A stretch of 64,000 nt of DNA, taken from IMG/VR virus record IMGVR_UViG_3300017782_000001; one strand, given 5' to 3'. A model generated the notes under the pieces. That model saw nothing but the letters and a program-made list of their open reading frames with translations. It searched no databases and was not told where the DNA came from. The translations under genes were made by a program, and so were the position numbers. Every line of letters starts with the position of its first letter. The first letter of the stretch is position 1. Positions 47,862 through 57,854 of this stretch are shown here, piece after piece. This DNA comes from a virus.

Positions 47862-48305
47862 TTATCTCAACCTCGACAATGCGGTTTCAAATTCTACGAC
47901 CTCGTTGAGGTTTTTTACAAGAAAAGTAACCTTTACTTTTAATTCATTTCTATCAAGCTGTGTATTAGATTCTACCTTTAGAATTTTAGCACGTGGCTCA
48001 AAGTTTTCTACTGCTCTTATAATTTGTTCTTCAACATCGTAATCAATATCTTCATCAGCCAATTCAAATAAAAGATTATTTAGATCTCCACCAAAGTTAG
48101 GCCTAAAAGGTTTTTCATTAAAGTTTGTTAAAAGTAAATTTTTAACAGCTTGTTTAACTGCCCCGGCCGCAGACTTTTTGAAAATGTCACCGCTTGGCTT
48201 ATTATTAAACGTTAAGTCAATGTCACCATATTCTTGAGATCTAGATCCTATCAGCGTACTACCTGATAAGTTTCCATCTTCTCTTGATAATATTTTAGTT
48301 GCCAT
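47862..48305 (-). CDS. gp25: Baseplate wedge subunit gp25
   Basis: AVKQAVKNLLLTN..EKPF.P.FG, NFEPR. Confidence 0.95.
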   Translation of the reverse strand: MATKILSREDGNLSGSTLIGSRSQEYGDIDLTFNNKPSGDIFKKSAAGAVKQAVKNLLLTNFNEKPFRPNFGGDLNNLLFELADEDIDYDVEEQIIRAVENFEPRAKILKVESNTQLDRNELKVKVTFLVKNLNEVVEFETALSRLR

Positions 48306-48327
48306 ATTGAACTCTCTGATTTTGTAC

Positions 48328-48335
48328 TATTTATA
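48328..48335 (-). promoter_or_regulatory. Late promoter TATAAATA for gp25-gp6-gp7
   Basis: Exact motif upstream of 48305. Confidence 0.8.
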
Positions 48336-50394
48336 CTATAATTTCAATGAGTTCTTTGTTTGTTTGTACCTTATTATTAAACACTGTTTCTAAATTCATA
48401 CCATATACACAGTCATAGTCTTCACCTACTTTAGGCATGTCAATAATAATTTGTGCATTAATTAATCCACTAGGATCAAAGGTGTCGTAATCAAGGGTTA
48501 ACTTATCGTAAAATAAAAAGTCTTTTAGGTACACTGCCAAATCAAAAGTTTTTTCGCTAGCCTGGCTTCCAGTTTCATCTATAAGTTCATATACTACACG
48601 TCTTCCTTTAGACGCAAGCCAATTAGGAGTATCAGTTTGCAAAGTTTCGCCAGGCCCTGCTCTATACACACCTTCAACTACCACTAATCTAAAATCTCTA
48701 AATCTTCCTTCGTCATTAGAAATCTTTTTAAGAACTTCTCCGTGCAAATATAATTGTCTTGCTAAATCAAGCTTATCACTTTCTTTCGAAATATGATCAA
48801 GGGTTACTTGGTCACCTCTACCTCCTAAGAATTTAGCAAGAGATATACCTCTATTTAGTTTTGTTTTAGAAGTAATTATTCCTGCGTTGTTTGGATTAAA
48901 AACTGGATCAGGAATAATAGCTATAGCTCTAGGTTTAGGTACAACTCTTTTAGAATTTTCTGAAGGATTCCTTTGACCAATCTTATCTATCCCTAAGATT
49001 TTCGTCGGTTTTTTACTTTCAATCCTACCAATTTTCGGAGGAGTGGTATTAGCGTATGTGCTAGAAAGAACCGAAGAACCAATCGCAGTGCCAATGAATT
49101 TCTCGTTGTTTTGGACATCTGGATCCCTCAATTTACTTCTTACTTCTCTTGTTGTTAAAGGTTTTTTTGAAACCCCACCCGTTTTTTCTTCGTAATTAAT
49201 TGCATTGAAAAGATCTTTATTATTATCAATTTTTACTTTTGCTACTCCGTATGCAGATTTATTTAGATAATCTGTCAAAAGAGTTTCAGTTGGTAAAGCT
49301 GTGGCTTTAGGATCTACTGGTTCTGCGGTATGTGTAGTTTCAGTCAGGGTTCCACCACCTGAACCAGCACCTAACGGAGCTGATCCAGCCTCATCTGCCT
49401 GTGCCGCAAATGATGCTTTACCTACAAGAGAACCATGGAATGTTGTGGCATGCATAGATGTCGCATTCACTCGTTGAGTATATGCAGTGTTTGTTGTAAT
49501 AGTATCTGTTGCTGTAATAGAATGTCCTGTGTACATGTTATAGTTGTACATCACGATGTTCTGTCCACCTATAGTTCCGGTATCACCAAACACTGACATT
49601 ACTTGAGCTGCAATATTTATGTCAGGAGCTGATACAACAACCTGCTTTTCAGAAGTTGCTTTTATTTGGTCTGATGCAGAAATAGAAACCTTTCCTTCAA
49701 CACTTGTTCTATAATTACCTTGGACTACGTTGTTATAACCTTTAAGTGATGTTTCGCTTGAAGTTCCTGTTGTAGTTGAGCCTTTATTGCCATCAATAAT
49801 AGTATTATGATTTCCATGGACTCGCTCTCTATAATTTCCATCAATTTCTTTTACTTCATCGCCAGCAACATTAATATTATAGTTGCCTCCAATTTTTAAG
49901 TTATAATCTCCTGCAACATCTAAGTTTAAGTTGCCGTTGTATTGGAGATCAGCATCACCTTCAATAATTACTTTACTATCCCCTTGCACAACAGTGACGT
50001 GATTATTTTTAGTTGCAATAAGAATAGTTCCATCAGCACGCATTTCAACTCCAGCACCAGTTTTATGCCGGATAAGAATACGTTCTCCTGAAGGAGTGTC
50101 ATCTATTTCAATTACATGCCCGCTTCTAGATTCATTAACCTGATTAAAAGGATATTGAGAAACTGGAGGCTTATCTAAATCTAAGCTTAAATCTAAATTA
50201 CCGCCACCAACATATAAATCATTCCTAGTAATTCCTCTAGCAGCTGTGTTAATGCTTGGACCAAAAAAGTAATTGGCTCTTGGATATTTACCTGTGACAT
50301 CATGGAATCCTGTTTTATAAACGCCTAACGAGTTTTCTCGGCCTTGGCCAAGAGTATTTTCGCGATCTTTTAGTTCATCGTTTTCTGTGCTCAT
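48331..50394 (-). CDS. gp5 C-terminal part (central spike beta-helix) plus a C-terminal domain resembling a degenerate M15 peptidase
   Basis: YPFNQVNESRSGHVIEIDDTP.GERI..RH.TG and V.G. beta-helix repeats. Confidence 0.82.
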   Translation of the reverse strand: MSTENDELKDRENTLGQGRENSLGVYKTGFHDVTGKYPRANYFFGPSINTAARGITRNDLYVGGGNLDLSLDLDKPPVSQYPFNQVNESRSGHVIEIDDTPSGERILIRHKTGAGVEMRADGTILIATKNNHVTVVQGDSKVIIEGDADLQYNGNLNLDVAGDYNLKIGGNYNINVAGDEVKEIDGNYRERVHGNHNTIIDGNKGSTTTGTSSETSLKGYNNVVQGNYRTSVEGKVSISASDQIKATSEKQVVVSAPDINIAAQVMSVFGDTGTIGGQNIVMYNYNMYTGHSITATDTITTNTAYTQRVNATSMHATTFHGSLVGKASFAAQADEAGSAPLGAGSGGGTLTETTHTAEPVDPKATALPTETLLTDYLNKSAYGVAKVKIDNNKDLFNAINYEEKTGGVSKKPLTTREVRSKLRDPDVQNNEKFIGTAIGSSVLSSTYANTTPPKIGRIESKKPTKILGIDKIGQRNPSENSKRVVPKPRAIAIIPDPVFNPNNAGIITSKTKLNRGISLAKFLGGRGDQVTLDHISKESDKLDLARQLYLHGEVLKKISNDEGRFRDFRLVVVEGVYRAGPGETLQTDTPNWLASKGRRVVYELIDETGSQASEKTFDLAVYLKDFLFYDKLTLDYDTFDPSGLINAQIIIDMPKVGEDYDCVYGMNLETVFNNKVQTNKELIEIIV

Positions 50395-52136
50395 TATGCA
50401 ATTCCTGTATTAATTTCTATTGATGCTTTAGCTAATTGTCTAGGTGACAATGGCCGGGTTTTACCGGTAGCAGAAACATTCACTTTTCCAAATTTATTAA
50501 ATACGTATTGTGGGACATCAAAACCTGGATCTTGTTTTCCTTTATTGTCTGTATCAACATGGCCCCAAGCTTGAGATCCTGGGAATACATCATAAAAAGA
50601 TTTCATAAACTGATCAAAGGTTTTCATTTGTTCTTCATTTATAGATTCAGATCCTACGTACCTATCTCTGTTTGGAGTACCACTTAAACAATTATACCCA
50701 CCTACAAAACAAATACCTACGCTAAATAGGTTGTGTCTATTATCTTTAGCGTGACTTCCTCGTTTACTAATAGGACGACCTCTTTGTATTCTTCCATCTT
50801 TACGAATAACGTAATGATATCCACATCCAGAAAATCCTCTTTGAGTATGCCATTCATGGATTTCTTCAGCACCAATATCTTGATCTAAAAATGTTGCTGA
50901 CCAATGAACTACAACTTCAGTTATATCTCTAGTAACAGATCTTAGCTCTGCTTCAAGTTCTTCCATACTTGAAACATACGTAAAACCATATAAAGGTTTT
51001 TGTCTTCTATATGTTGTAGTGCCTCCGCCAGTGACAATGCTTGTTTCTACTGAGGTTTTTTCAGTTGTAATTTTTGTAGTAGATCCAGTCTTTTCATTTT
51101 TTATAACAATGTTTTCAGTATCAGTGTCAGTTACAGATAAAGTTTCTGAGCGTTGAGCTACAATTTCAGGACTAGCTCTTACAGTAGCAGCATTAGCGAT
51201 AGGAGTATTTGCATCATCCCATGCAGCAGATCCTGCTCCAATAATTTCTGCTGGTACTGTTGAAGTTCCAAGATCTGCATCTAAAGGATCAAGGACAACC
51301 GCATTGCTTACAGACGTAGATAAACCTGAAAGTCCTTCTTCAAAATTATCTACAGGAATATCAGGAGCTATTTTCTTCAAAAGATTAACAGCCTTTTCAA
51401 TTTCTGTAGGAAGTTCAAGAGAAATGTTTTTAGTGATACTATCTAAATTTACAGGACTAATTCCAGCGCCACCAACAAGTTGTTTTAACGTTGTGGTTAT
51501 TGTTTTGTCTATTTCCAAAACGACTGCTTCTAAAATATTAGGTGCACCTGTACCTTGTGTAGCCGCTAGTCTTTGTTCTAATTTTACAACATCGCTTTTG
51601 AATTCAGATGCAATAGCAGCTGCAGTATCAAGACCCTTTTTAATAGTGTCAGTTAAAGTTGCTCTTAATTCAGGTGAAGTAAGATCGTCAATAGCGTCTG
51701 TAAGTTGATCTTCTGTTTTTCCTGTAGCTTCAACTAAGCTTTCTTTAATTGCTTTAGGATTACAGGCTTGAGCAAACTCCTTTAAGAATCCATCTCCAAT
51801 TTCACCGTCAGATGGTCCTTCACTTGCACCAACAATTGCGTCCAAAGAAACTTTATTATCAACTGTTTCAACTAAATCAGCTGCTAATCCTGGAACATTT
51901 TCTGACATAAAACAAACGGCATCACCTGGAACTAAGTCATAGCTATGGTCAGCAGATTGTGTTATAGGAACAAATCCGTTAAGCTCATCTAAGTCTTGAC
52001 CTAGTTTGGTTTGGTTCACTGCGTTAAATCTATTGATTGCAGCCTGAGCTGCAGCGTCCACTTCTGCAGACTGTGATCTAGCTCTGGTTCTTAAAGTTTC
52101 TATAGATGAATTTAATTTTTCTTTTGTAATACTCAT
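50394..52136 (-). CDS. Virion protein with C-terminal N-acetylmuramoyl-L-alanine amidase (Amidase_2, T7 lysozyme-like)
   Basis: VVVHWSAT, IHEWH..RGFSGCGYHYVIRKDG.IQ.GRP, SVGICFVGG, GH.D, K.DPGFDV. Confidence 0.88.
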   Translation of the reverse strand: MSITKEKLNSSIETLRTRARSQSAEVDAAAQAAINRFNAVNQTKLGQDLDELNGFVPITQSADHSYDLVPGDAVCFMSENVPGLAADLVETVDNKVSLDAIVGASEGPSDGEIGDGFLKEFAQACNPKAIKESLVEATGKTEDQLTDAIDDLTSPELRATLTDTIKKGLDTAAAIASEFKSDVVKLEQRLAATQGTGAPNILEAVVLEIDKTITTTLKQLVGGAGISPVNLDSITKNISLELPTEIEKAVNLLKKIAPDIPVDNFEEGLSGLSTSVSNAVVLDPLDADLGTSTVPAEIIGAGSAAWDDANTPIANAATVRASPEIVAQRSETLSVTDTDTENIVIKNEKTGSTTKITTEKTSVETSIVTGGGTTTYRRQKPLYGFTYVSSMEELEAELRSVTRDITEVVVHWSATFLDQDIGAEEIHEWHTQRGFSGCGYHYVIRKDGRIQRGRPISKRGSHAKDNRHNLFSVGICFVGGYNCLSGTPNRDRYVGSESINEEQMKTFDQFMKSFYDVFPGSQAWGHVDTDNKGKQDPGFDVPQYVFNKFGKVNVSATGKTRPLSPRQLAKASIEINTGIA

Positions 52137-52954
52137 CCAAATCTCTCCATAATACCTTCAGCAGTTTTAATTCTAAGATCATCTTGAACTCTATCTTCTT
52201 TCATATATTTTTCTCTAAAAATATTAACAGCGGAAACTACAGTATTCATTTTAAGTAATTGACCTAAGCCAAGGTTACTGTGAGATCTCAATTCATAGAC
52301 AATGAATTGTAATTGTGTATCAAACAACTTAAAGTCTAACGCTCTTTGGCCAGCAAAAAACTTTAACCTTTCGTATCTACTACCAACAACCTCATCACTA
52401 TTCCAACCAGCTAAACCAAATCTTAAATTTCTACTAGAGGCAGGATCTAGCTTTTTACTTGAAAACACAGAAAGACATCCTATTATTGCTGCTGCTTGCA
52501 CTGCTGAAAAATTAAATGCTAAGAAAAAGTTGTATGCCTTTTCTCCAGGAGAGTTTCCTACAATATAAGATCCTTCGTCACTTGATTGAGTAAGAGCATT
52601 TTCATTTCCTGTTAAAGCAAGAAGTTGCTGCTTATTTGGATCTTCAGTGTTAGGAACGGTTCCCATAATAAAAGGAATTTGAGATGACTCACCATCAAGG
52701 AATATTCCAAAAACTTTTGCACCTTCAACTATTTGCGGCATCCTACCAATTCCTGAAATTCCTCCTTCTGTAGTGGGAAGAAGACATTGAGCCCAAGGCA
52801 AAGATTCAGAAGGAAGGTTTGTGATAGCGTCTGGATGGATTCCATAAATTCTAACTTGCACGCGACCAAGTTGCAAAGGGTCATTGGAATTAATTGCAAT
52901 ACCAAGAAACCATCTATTATTATCGCCATAATAGAAACTTTCAATATTTTTCAT
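52133..52954 (-). CDS. gp5 N-terminal OB-fold fused to a degenerate phage tail lysozyme domain
   Basis: RWFLG....DPLQLGRVQVRIYGIH...LPWA...G..VFGIFLDG...Q.P.IMG, then AAAIIG...TQLQFI.YEL. Confidence 0.82.
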   Translation of the reverse strand: MKNIESFYYGDNNRWFLGIAINSNDPLQLGRVQVRIYGIHPDAITNLPSESLPWAQCLLPTTEGGISGIGRMPQIVEGAKVFGIFLDGESSQIPFIMGTVPNTEDPNKQQLLALTGNENALTQSSDEGSYIVGNSPGEKAYNFFLAFNFSAVQAAAIIGCLSVFSSKKLDPASSRNLRFGLAGWNSDEVVGSRYERLKFFAGQRALDFKLFDTQLQFIVYELRSHSNLGLGQLLKMNTVVSAVNIFREKYMKEDRVQDDLRIKTAEGIMERFG

Positions 52955-54330
52955 ACTACAGTTGTTCCTTCATCATTAGCTATTTTGACAAGCTCTAATA
53001 CACAGTCGTGTCTAAACTTACCTTTGTTTTGCCTAATCATATGACGACATGCTTGAATTAAATATGTGCCAGTTCTTTTAGCGTCTGGCATAACCTTAGC
53101 TGCATTAGTTCCTGCATCAAAAGCTTTTGATTCTTGAAATTCTACTTTAATGCTATTACCAATAGTAAAGTTAGGATACTTAGTAGAACCAGGTGATAAG
53201 AAATTTCTACCAGCAACTACTATATCTATTTTAGATTTAGACATAAATTCTTTTAGTGCTAAATGAGTAGCCTTTGTTGAATGCCCAGCTGGATTTAATG
53301 ATTCATGATATCCACTAATATCATTATAAATTTTTGACGTAGATACATTTGTAATTCTAACACTAGAAAAGTCTTGTAAATTTTTATTATCTATTTCAAA
53401 TGTTTTATCAAAGTTAGGAGTTTTCTTTCCTACATACAACCCAGAAGTTTTCTTTAGCTTTTCAAAGGTGTCAGTTACTTTATACTCAAATCTATTATTA
53501 TAAAAGTTTTGAGTATCTAAAAAATCGAATCTTCCACTAATACCACCTCTATCAATAATATCATATATGTTTTCATTATCCTTTTGACTAAACCCTGAAA
53601 TCATATAAGATTGATCATTGATTGTATAGTTACTTGCTTCTTGAGAATATGATGTTGAATACCTATATGGTTTTGTAGATATATTAAGAGGGCTATTTCC
53701 AATCATAGCTGCCATATCAAAAAATCTAACATTGGTATCTTTGAAGCAAGAAAACGCAAAGTATGGTGTGCCAAATCTACACGTTGATCTTGAAGCTAGC
53801 CAATGAATAGCTTTGTGAGGCCTCCAGTTTGGAATAATAACTCTCATGCTTCTTTGATAAGTTTCACCAGGTGCTATAAGATCTCTACCAGTAAAATTAT
53901 CTTTTAATATTTTACTTATAATTTCTTTAGGAGTTCCATTATAAACTTTATTAACATTTTTAAGATTGTCTAAATAAGACATTTCATCTTCAATAGACAT
54001 ACTAAAAGTTTCTGATGCATCATTACCTTTAGCACTTTCTTGCAAAGACGTAACAACAAATCTTCTTTTTATAGGAGGAAGACCTGGATCTATAAATCCA
54101 ATAGTAAGATCAAGATATTCTGAACCTTGCCAGTCAATAGCCTGAAATAATCCTGCATCATCAACGAGTATTAAATCTCCGCTAATGCCGAGGGTTTCAA
54201 TATTTTCATAAATATTTAATTCGACTATTGATCTTCTTATTTCAAATGTCTGATCACCTAATCTATTAGTTGATATTAGTGCAGACCTAAGATCAATATC
54301 AAACGGAGTGTTTGATCTAAGTTCACTCAT
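52951..54330 (-). CDS. Baseplate hub protein (gp27-like)
   Basis: LNIYENI....ISG....D, IIPNWRP..AI.WL, G.YLI...RH; position between gp53 and gp5. Confidence 0.65.
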   Translation of the reverse strand: MSELRSNTPFDIDLRSALISTNRLGDQTFEIRRSIVELNIYENIETLGISGDLILVDDAGLFQAIDWQGSEYLDLTIGFIDPGLPPIKRRFVVTSLQESAKGNDASETFSMSIEDEMSYLDNLKNVNKVYNGTPKEIISKILKDNFTGRDLIAPGETYQRSMRVIIPNWRPHKAIHWLASRSTCRFGTPYFAFSCFKDTNVRFFDMAAMIGNSPLNISTKPYRYSTSYSQEASNYTINDQSYMISGFSQKDNENIYDIIDRGGISGRFDFLDTQNFYNNRFEYKVTDTFEKLKKTSGLYVGKKTPNFDKTFEIDNKNLQDFSSVRITNVSTSKIYNDISGYHESLNPAGHSTKATHLALKEFMSKSKIDIVVAGRNFLSPGSTKYPNFTIGNSIKVEFQESKAFDAGTNAAKVMPDAKRTGTYLIQACRHMIRQNKGKFRHDCVLELVKIANDEGTTVV

Positions 54331-55058
54331 GATGCTAAGGCTTCTTGAAACGCTCTATAAACTGTTTGCATTGAATCTGGTTTAATAATTCTTATTTCTT
54401 TTAGCTCATTATTTTGGTCGCCATAATGATCCTCAACTGTAACAGGCGTATAAATTGCAGGAGGATCTTGAAAAGGATCAACATCTCTCCAACGCAAATC
54501 ACCATCTACGTAATGATGTGTAGAAAGAAATTCTTTAGTTGCTGAAGATGTAGTAGCTGTTTCTAATCCGCTTCCTGTGTCATGAGTAATAACTTCGTCT
54601 TTAACAAAATTTACACTACCAGTGTTTAGCTTTATAATTAGTTGACCTAAGTCTAAATTACGTTTGATAATAGTACCAACCGCGCCTGAACTATTTCCAG
54701 CAATCTGTTTTCCTACTAAAAGTTTATCTGAAATATTATCTTTAGTCGTTACAACAAAATTAGGATGATTCAATAATATCCTATCTTCTAAATCTCTAGA
54801 ACTAAGAGGCCAGCCTCTTTCTCTTATATTATCGTTCATCATATAAAAGGTAAAATAAAAGTCAGGAGATCCATATATTTTTTTAGATACGATGTCTGCT
54901 CTATCACCTTCTAAAATTGTGTACTTGATATAAAATGATATGTCATCTTTAATATTATCAATGATATCTACGTACGCAGAAATATCTTGAAACGTAACAG
55001 GATATGTCTCGCTTCCAAATTGATAATTTATGAGAGGATAGTTATAAAAGTAAGCCAT
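54327..55058 (-). CDS. gp53: Baseplate wedge subunit gp53
   Basis: YF..YP.I.Y, Y.I..GDRADIVS.KIYG, N.I....WP, HHY, NE..KEIRIIKP. Confidence 0.9.
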   Translation of the reverse strand: MAYFYNYPLINYQFGSETYPVTFQDISAYVDIIDNIKDDISFYIKYTILEGDRADIVSKKIYGSPDFYFTFYMMNDNIRERGWPLSSRDLEDRILLNHPNFVVTTKDNISDKLLVGKQIAGNSSGAVGTIIKRNLDLGQLIIKLNTGSVNFVKDEVITHDTGSGLETATTSSATKEFLSTHHYVDGDLRWRDVDPFQDPPAIYTPVTVEDHYGDQNNELKEIRIIKPDSMQTVYRAFQEALAS

Positions 55059-56107
55059 TAGTATCCCTCTGCAATTTTTGCTTTATCAAGAGTTTCTGCT
55101 TCAGTAAATGACATTGTAATATCAATTTGGTTGAATCCACCATCTCTCATAAATGACATGTTTGAAGGATTGTATGTTGCAGCAAAGCTTGTTAAATAAC
55201 ACGGTAAAAATTTAGTAGCAATTGTTTTACTTCTATATCGAACTTGAATATCGAACTGATTAGGAAATTTGTATCCAATAGGAATTCCTTTTACAGAAAT
55301 AGTTTCAGGATAAAGTTCATGTCTAAAAAATTTAATAATGTTTTTCATTGCGTCTTGTTCTTGCACTGAAGTTGGAATCATACTAAAAGTAAATGAAAAA
55401 TTTCTAAGTTGAACAGACTTAAATAAAGATCGAGTATTTGGATTAGTTGTTACTTGAAATGCAGATCTTGCTGCACCACTAGCAGTATCGCTTCCCACAC
55501 CAGCTGCGCCAATTGCGCCAAGTCGAGCAACATCAGAATTAAGAGAACCTGTAAATAAATCTTTGAATCCAGATAAACCTTCCATTGCCGCTTTACCTAC
55601 AGCCTCAGTAACACCTGACCCGGCTTGAAGCGCTGCTACTCCAGCGGCGCCTGCTCTACCAAGATCTATATTTTCAAAATCAACACCGTCACTAATATTC
55701 AATGCAGCTGGAAGATAAAGTTCTGCTGTAGTGCCAACAGTTTTTTGTGTAATAGATTTATCTTCAGCTACACCTACGTCTGTAGCTCCACCCGGTCTAT
55801 CATTGCCAACTGTTTGATCAAGAGCCTGAGTAGCCTTTTTGGTTGCATCTTCAATGTCAGCCTCAATCGCTGGTGGATCGACTCTAACAACAGTGAATCT
55901 AATTTTTGCTTTATAATCATCTTGGTTGTCAAGAGGAAATACTAATTTTTGTTTATTATCGAAATAAAGATTTGATTTGTTGGCTATGAGGCCAGTACCT
56001 AGAAACTGTTCAATACCAGCGGTTAATCCACCTGCTTTGTCATTAACAAAGTCTTGAACGTTTCCAGCAATTCTATCACCAATATTCGAAAGATTGAGAT
56101 CTGCCAT
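55058..56107 (-). CDS. gp48: Baseplate tail-tube cap gp48
   Basis: LYLP, NPNT..LF..V.LR.FSF.F.MIP.S..E...IK.F, F.EAE.L. Confidence 0.88.
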   Translation of the reverse strand: MADLNLSNIGDRIAGNVQDFVNDKAGGLTAGIEQFLGTGLIANKSNLYFDNKQKLVFPLDNQDDYKAKIRFTVVRVDPPAIEADIEDATKKATQALDQTVGNDRPGGATDVGVAEDKSITQKTVGTTAELYLPAALNISDGVDFENIDLGRAGAAGVAALQAGSGVTEAVGKAAMEGLSGFKDLFTGSLNSDVARLGAIGAAGVGSDTASGAARSAFQVTTNPNTRSLFKSVQLRNFSFTFSMIPTSVQEQDAMKNIIKFFRHELYPETISVKGIPIGYKFPNQFDIQVRYRSKTIATKFLPCYLTSFAATYNPSNMSFMRDGGFNQIDITMSFTEAETLDKAKIAEGY

Positions 56108-56116
56108 AAATTTTCC

Positions 56117-56154
56117 AATAAATAATAAGTCGAAACTATCTTTTGTTATTTATA
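56117..56154. promoter_or_regulatory. Divergent late promoters: AATAAATA (+, 56117-56124) for gp4 and TATAAATA (-, 56147-56154) for gp48
   Basis: Both motifs lie in the short gap between the divergent genes. Confidence 0.75.
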
Positions 56155-56636
56155 TGGCTTATACCGGAAAATACACTATCAAAAACAAATCCAAGTATAA
56201 AGGAGATCACAGCAATGTGGTATATAGATCGCTATGGGAGAAAGCAGTATTTAACTGGTGCGACCATAATCCCAGCATCTTATATTGGCAATCCGAAGAA
56301 ACCGTTGTTCCTTACTATTATGACGTTGATAAAAAATATCACAGGTATTTTGTTGACCTCAAAATTAAGTATAAAGATGGCAAAATAATTCTGGTTGAAA
56401 TAAAACCTAAGGGGCAAACCGAGCCTCCTAAGCAAGGATCGCGAAAAACTAAAAGGTTTATTAGCGAGGCAATGGCGTATGTAAAAAATATGAATAAGTG
56501 GGAAGCTGCAGATAATTATGCAAAAGATAGGAACTGGCAATTTCAAATATGGACTGAAGACACGTTACATGAAATGGGTATTATGAGAAAAAAGACTCTT
56601 GGCAAGAAACGCATAAAGCCTCTTAAAAAGTTATAA
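56154..56636 (+). CDS. gp4: Head completion nuclease gp4
   Basis: AYTGKY..KN..KYKGD....YRSLWE, HRYFVD, EIKP, NKWEAA; ATG at 56154. Confidence 0.95.
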   Translation: MAYTGKYTIKNKSKYKGDHSNVVYRSLWEKAVFNWCDHNPSILYWQSEETVVPYYYDVDKKYHRYFVDLKIKYKDGKIILVEIKPKGQTEPPKQGSRKTKRFISEAMAYVKNMNKWEAADNYAKDRNWQFQIWTEDTLHEMGIMRKKTLGKKRIKPLKKL

Positions 56637-56639
56637 ATA
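56632..56639 (+). promoter_or_regulatory. Late promoter TATAAATA for gp2
   Basis: Exact motif 5 nt before the gp2 ATG. Confidence 0.8.
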
Positions 56640-56644
56640 GTGTT

Positions 56645-57229
56645 ATGAGTAACTTATTTCAAACATTAGAGTTAGAAGCTTTTCGTAAAGGTATTACACC
56701 TCGTACACGAGAATCAATGACGTGGTTTCGTCAAAGAGCACATCGCATTAGAAGAGTTAATAGACGTGCTTTAATGAAGGAAGAACCTATTGATCTAAAA
56801 AGTACATATAGGCCTGGCCAAATGTTTATGTTTTTTTACGATGCAAAGTATAAAGCAACTCTTCCTTATTACGATAAGTTCCCTTTAGTGATTATGATTG
56901 ATAAAGCAAAGGGAGGATTCCTAGGATTAAATTTGCATTATCTTTCTCCTATTCACCGTGCTAAGTTTTTAGATGCACTATTGGATAATACTAATAACAA
57001 AAGATTTGATGAAGCAACAAGATTTAGACTATCATATAATATGCTTCAAGGTGCAGCTAAATACAAATACTTCCGGCCTGCTATAAAGCACTACCTGTTA
57101 TCAAATGTACAATCACGATTTGCTCATGTTCCAGCGTATGAATGGGAGATTGCTACATTCCTTCCTATGGCTGATTGGTCAGGTGCAAGTTCAGGCACGG
57201 TTTATAAAGATTCTAAAAGGAAGTACTAA
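56645..57229 (+). CDS. gp2: DNA end protector gp2
   Basis: MFFYDAKYK.TLPYYDKFPLV, GLNLHYL, KHYL..NV.S, W..A.FLP. Confidence 0.95.
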   Translation: MSNLFQTLELEAFRKGITPRTRESMTWFRQRAHRIRRVNRRALMKEEPIDLKSTYRPGQMFMFFYDAKYKATLPYYDKFPLVIMIDKAKGGFLGLNLHYLSPIHRAKFLDALLDNTNNKRFDEATRFRLSYNMLQGAAKYKYFRPAIKHYLLSNVQSRFAHVPAYEWEIATFLPMADWSGASSGTVYKDSKRKY

Positions 57230-57841
57230 ATGGCGTACTCAGTAGATACATTTAAGTCAGAACTTCGCCAAGGCATTGCAATGAGCAATGTTTGGCGTGT
57301 ATTACTACCCTCTCTTCCAGGGTCAAGTGGAAGACAACTTAATCTACTATGCAAAACCGCAAACATGCCCGGGAGACAAATACTAACGGCCGATCGTCAG
57401 TATGGCATGAAAATGCAAAAGGTTGCTTATGGATATGCTGTTGATGACGTATCATTATCGTTTCATCTATTAAATGATTACGGAGTAAAAAACTATTTTG
57501 ATAACTGGGCAGCAATGGCTATTAATCAAGAGAATCAAGAAACATCATACAAAAAAGAATATTGTTTTGATGTAGTTATACAACAACTAAGAAAAGATGC
57601 GATATTAGATCTTGGCTTTAGCTTTAGCTTTGGACCAATTAATATTAGTGGTGATATCATAACACCAGATCAAATATCTTATACGTGCGTTTTAGAAGAC
57701 GCATTCCCAACCTCCATGAACGCTCAAGAATTTACGAACGATCAAGGTGGGCAAAGCGAACTGAGTGTGCAACTATCATACTCAAATTGGAAATCTCGGT
57801 CAGGTGGTCCACTTGGATTCTTGGCTAATCTCATACGATAA
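57230..57841 (+). CDS. Baseplate tail-tube initiator (gp54-like, tube fold)
   Basis: LC...NMPGR.I.T, YF.NW, L.DAFP.S, L.VQ.SY..W; position between gp2 and gp26. Confidence 0.75.
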   Translation: MAYSVDTFKSELRQGIAMSNVWRVLLPSLPGSSGRQLNLLCKTANMPGRQILTADRQYGMKMQKVAYGYAVDDVSLSFHLLNDYGVKNYFDNWAAMAINQENQETSYKKEYCFDVVIQQLRKDAILDLGFSFSFGPINISGDIITPDQISYTCVLEDAFPTSMNAQEFTNDQGGQSELSVQLSYSNWKSRSGGPLGFLANLIR

Positions 57842-57854
57842 ATTGGAGTAAATT

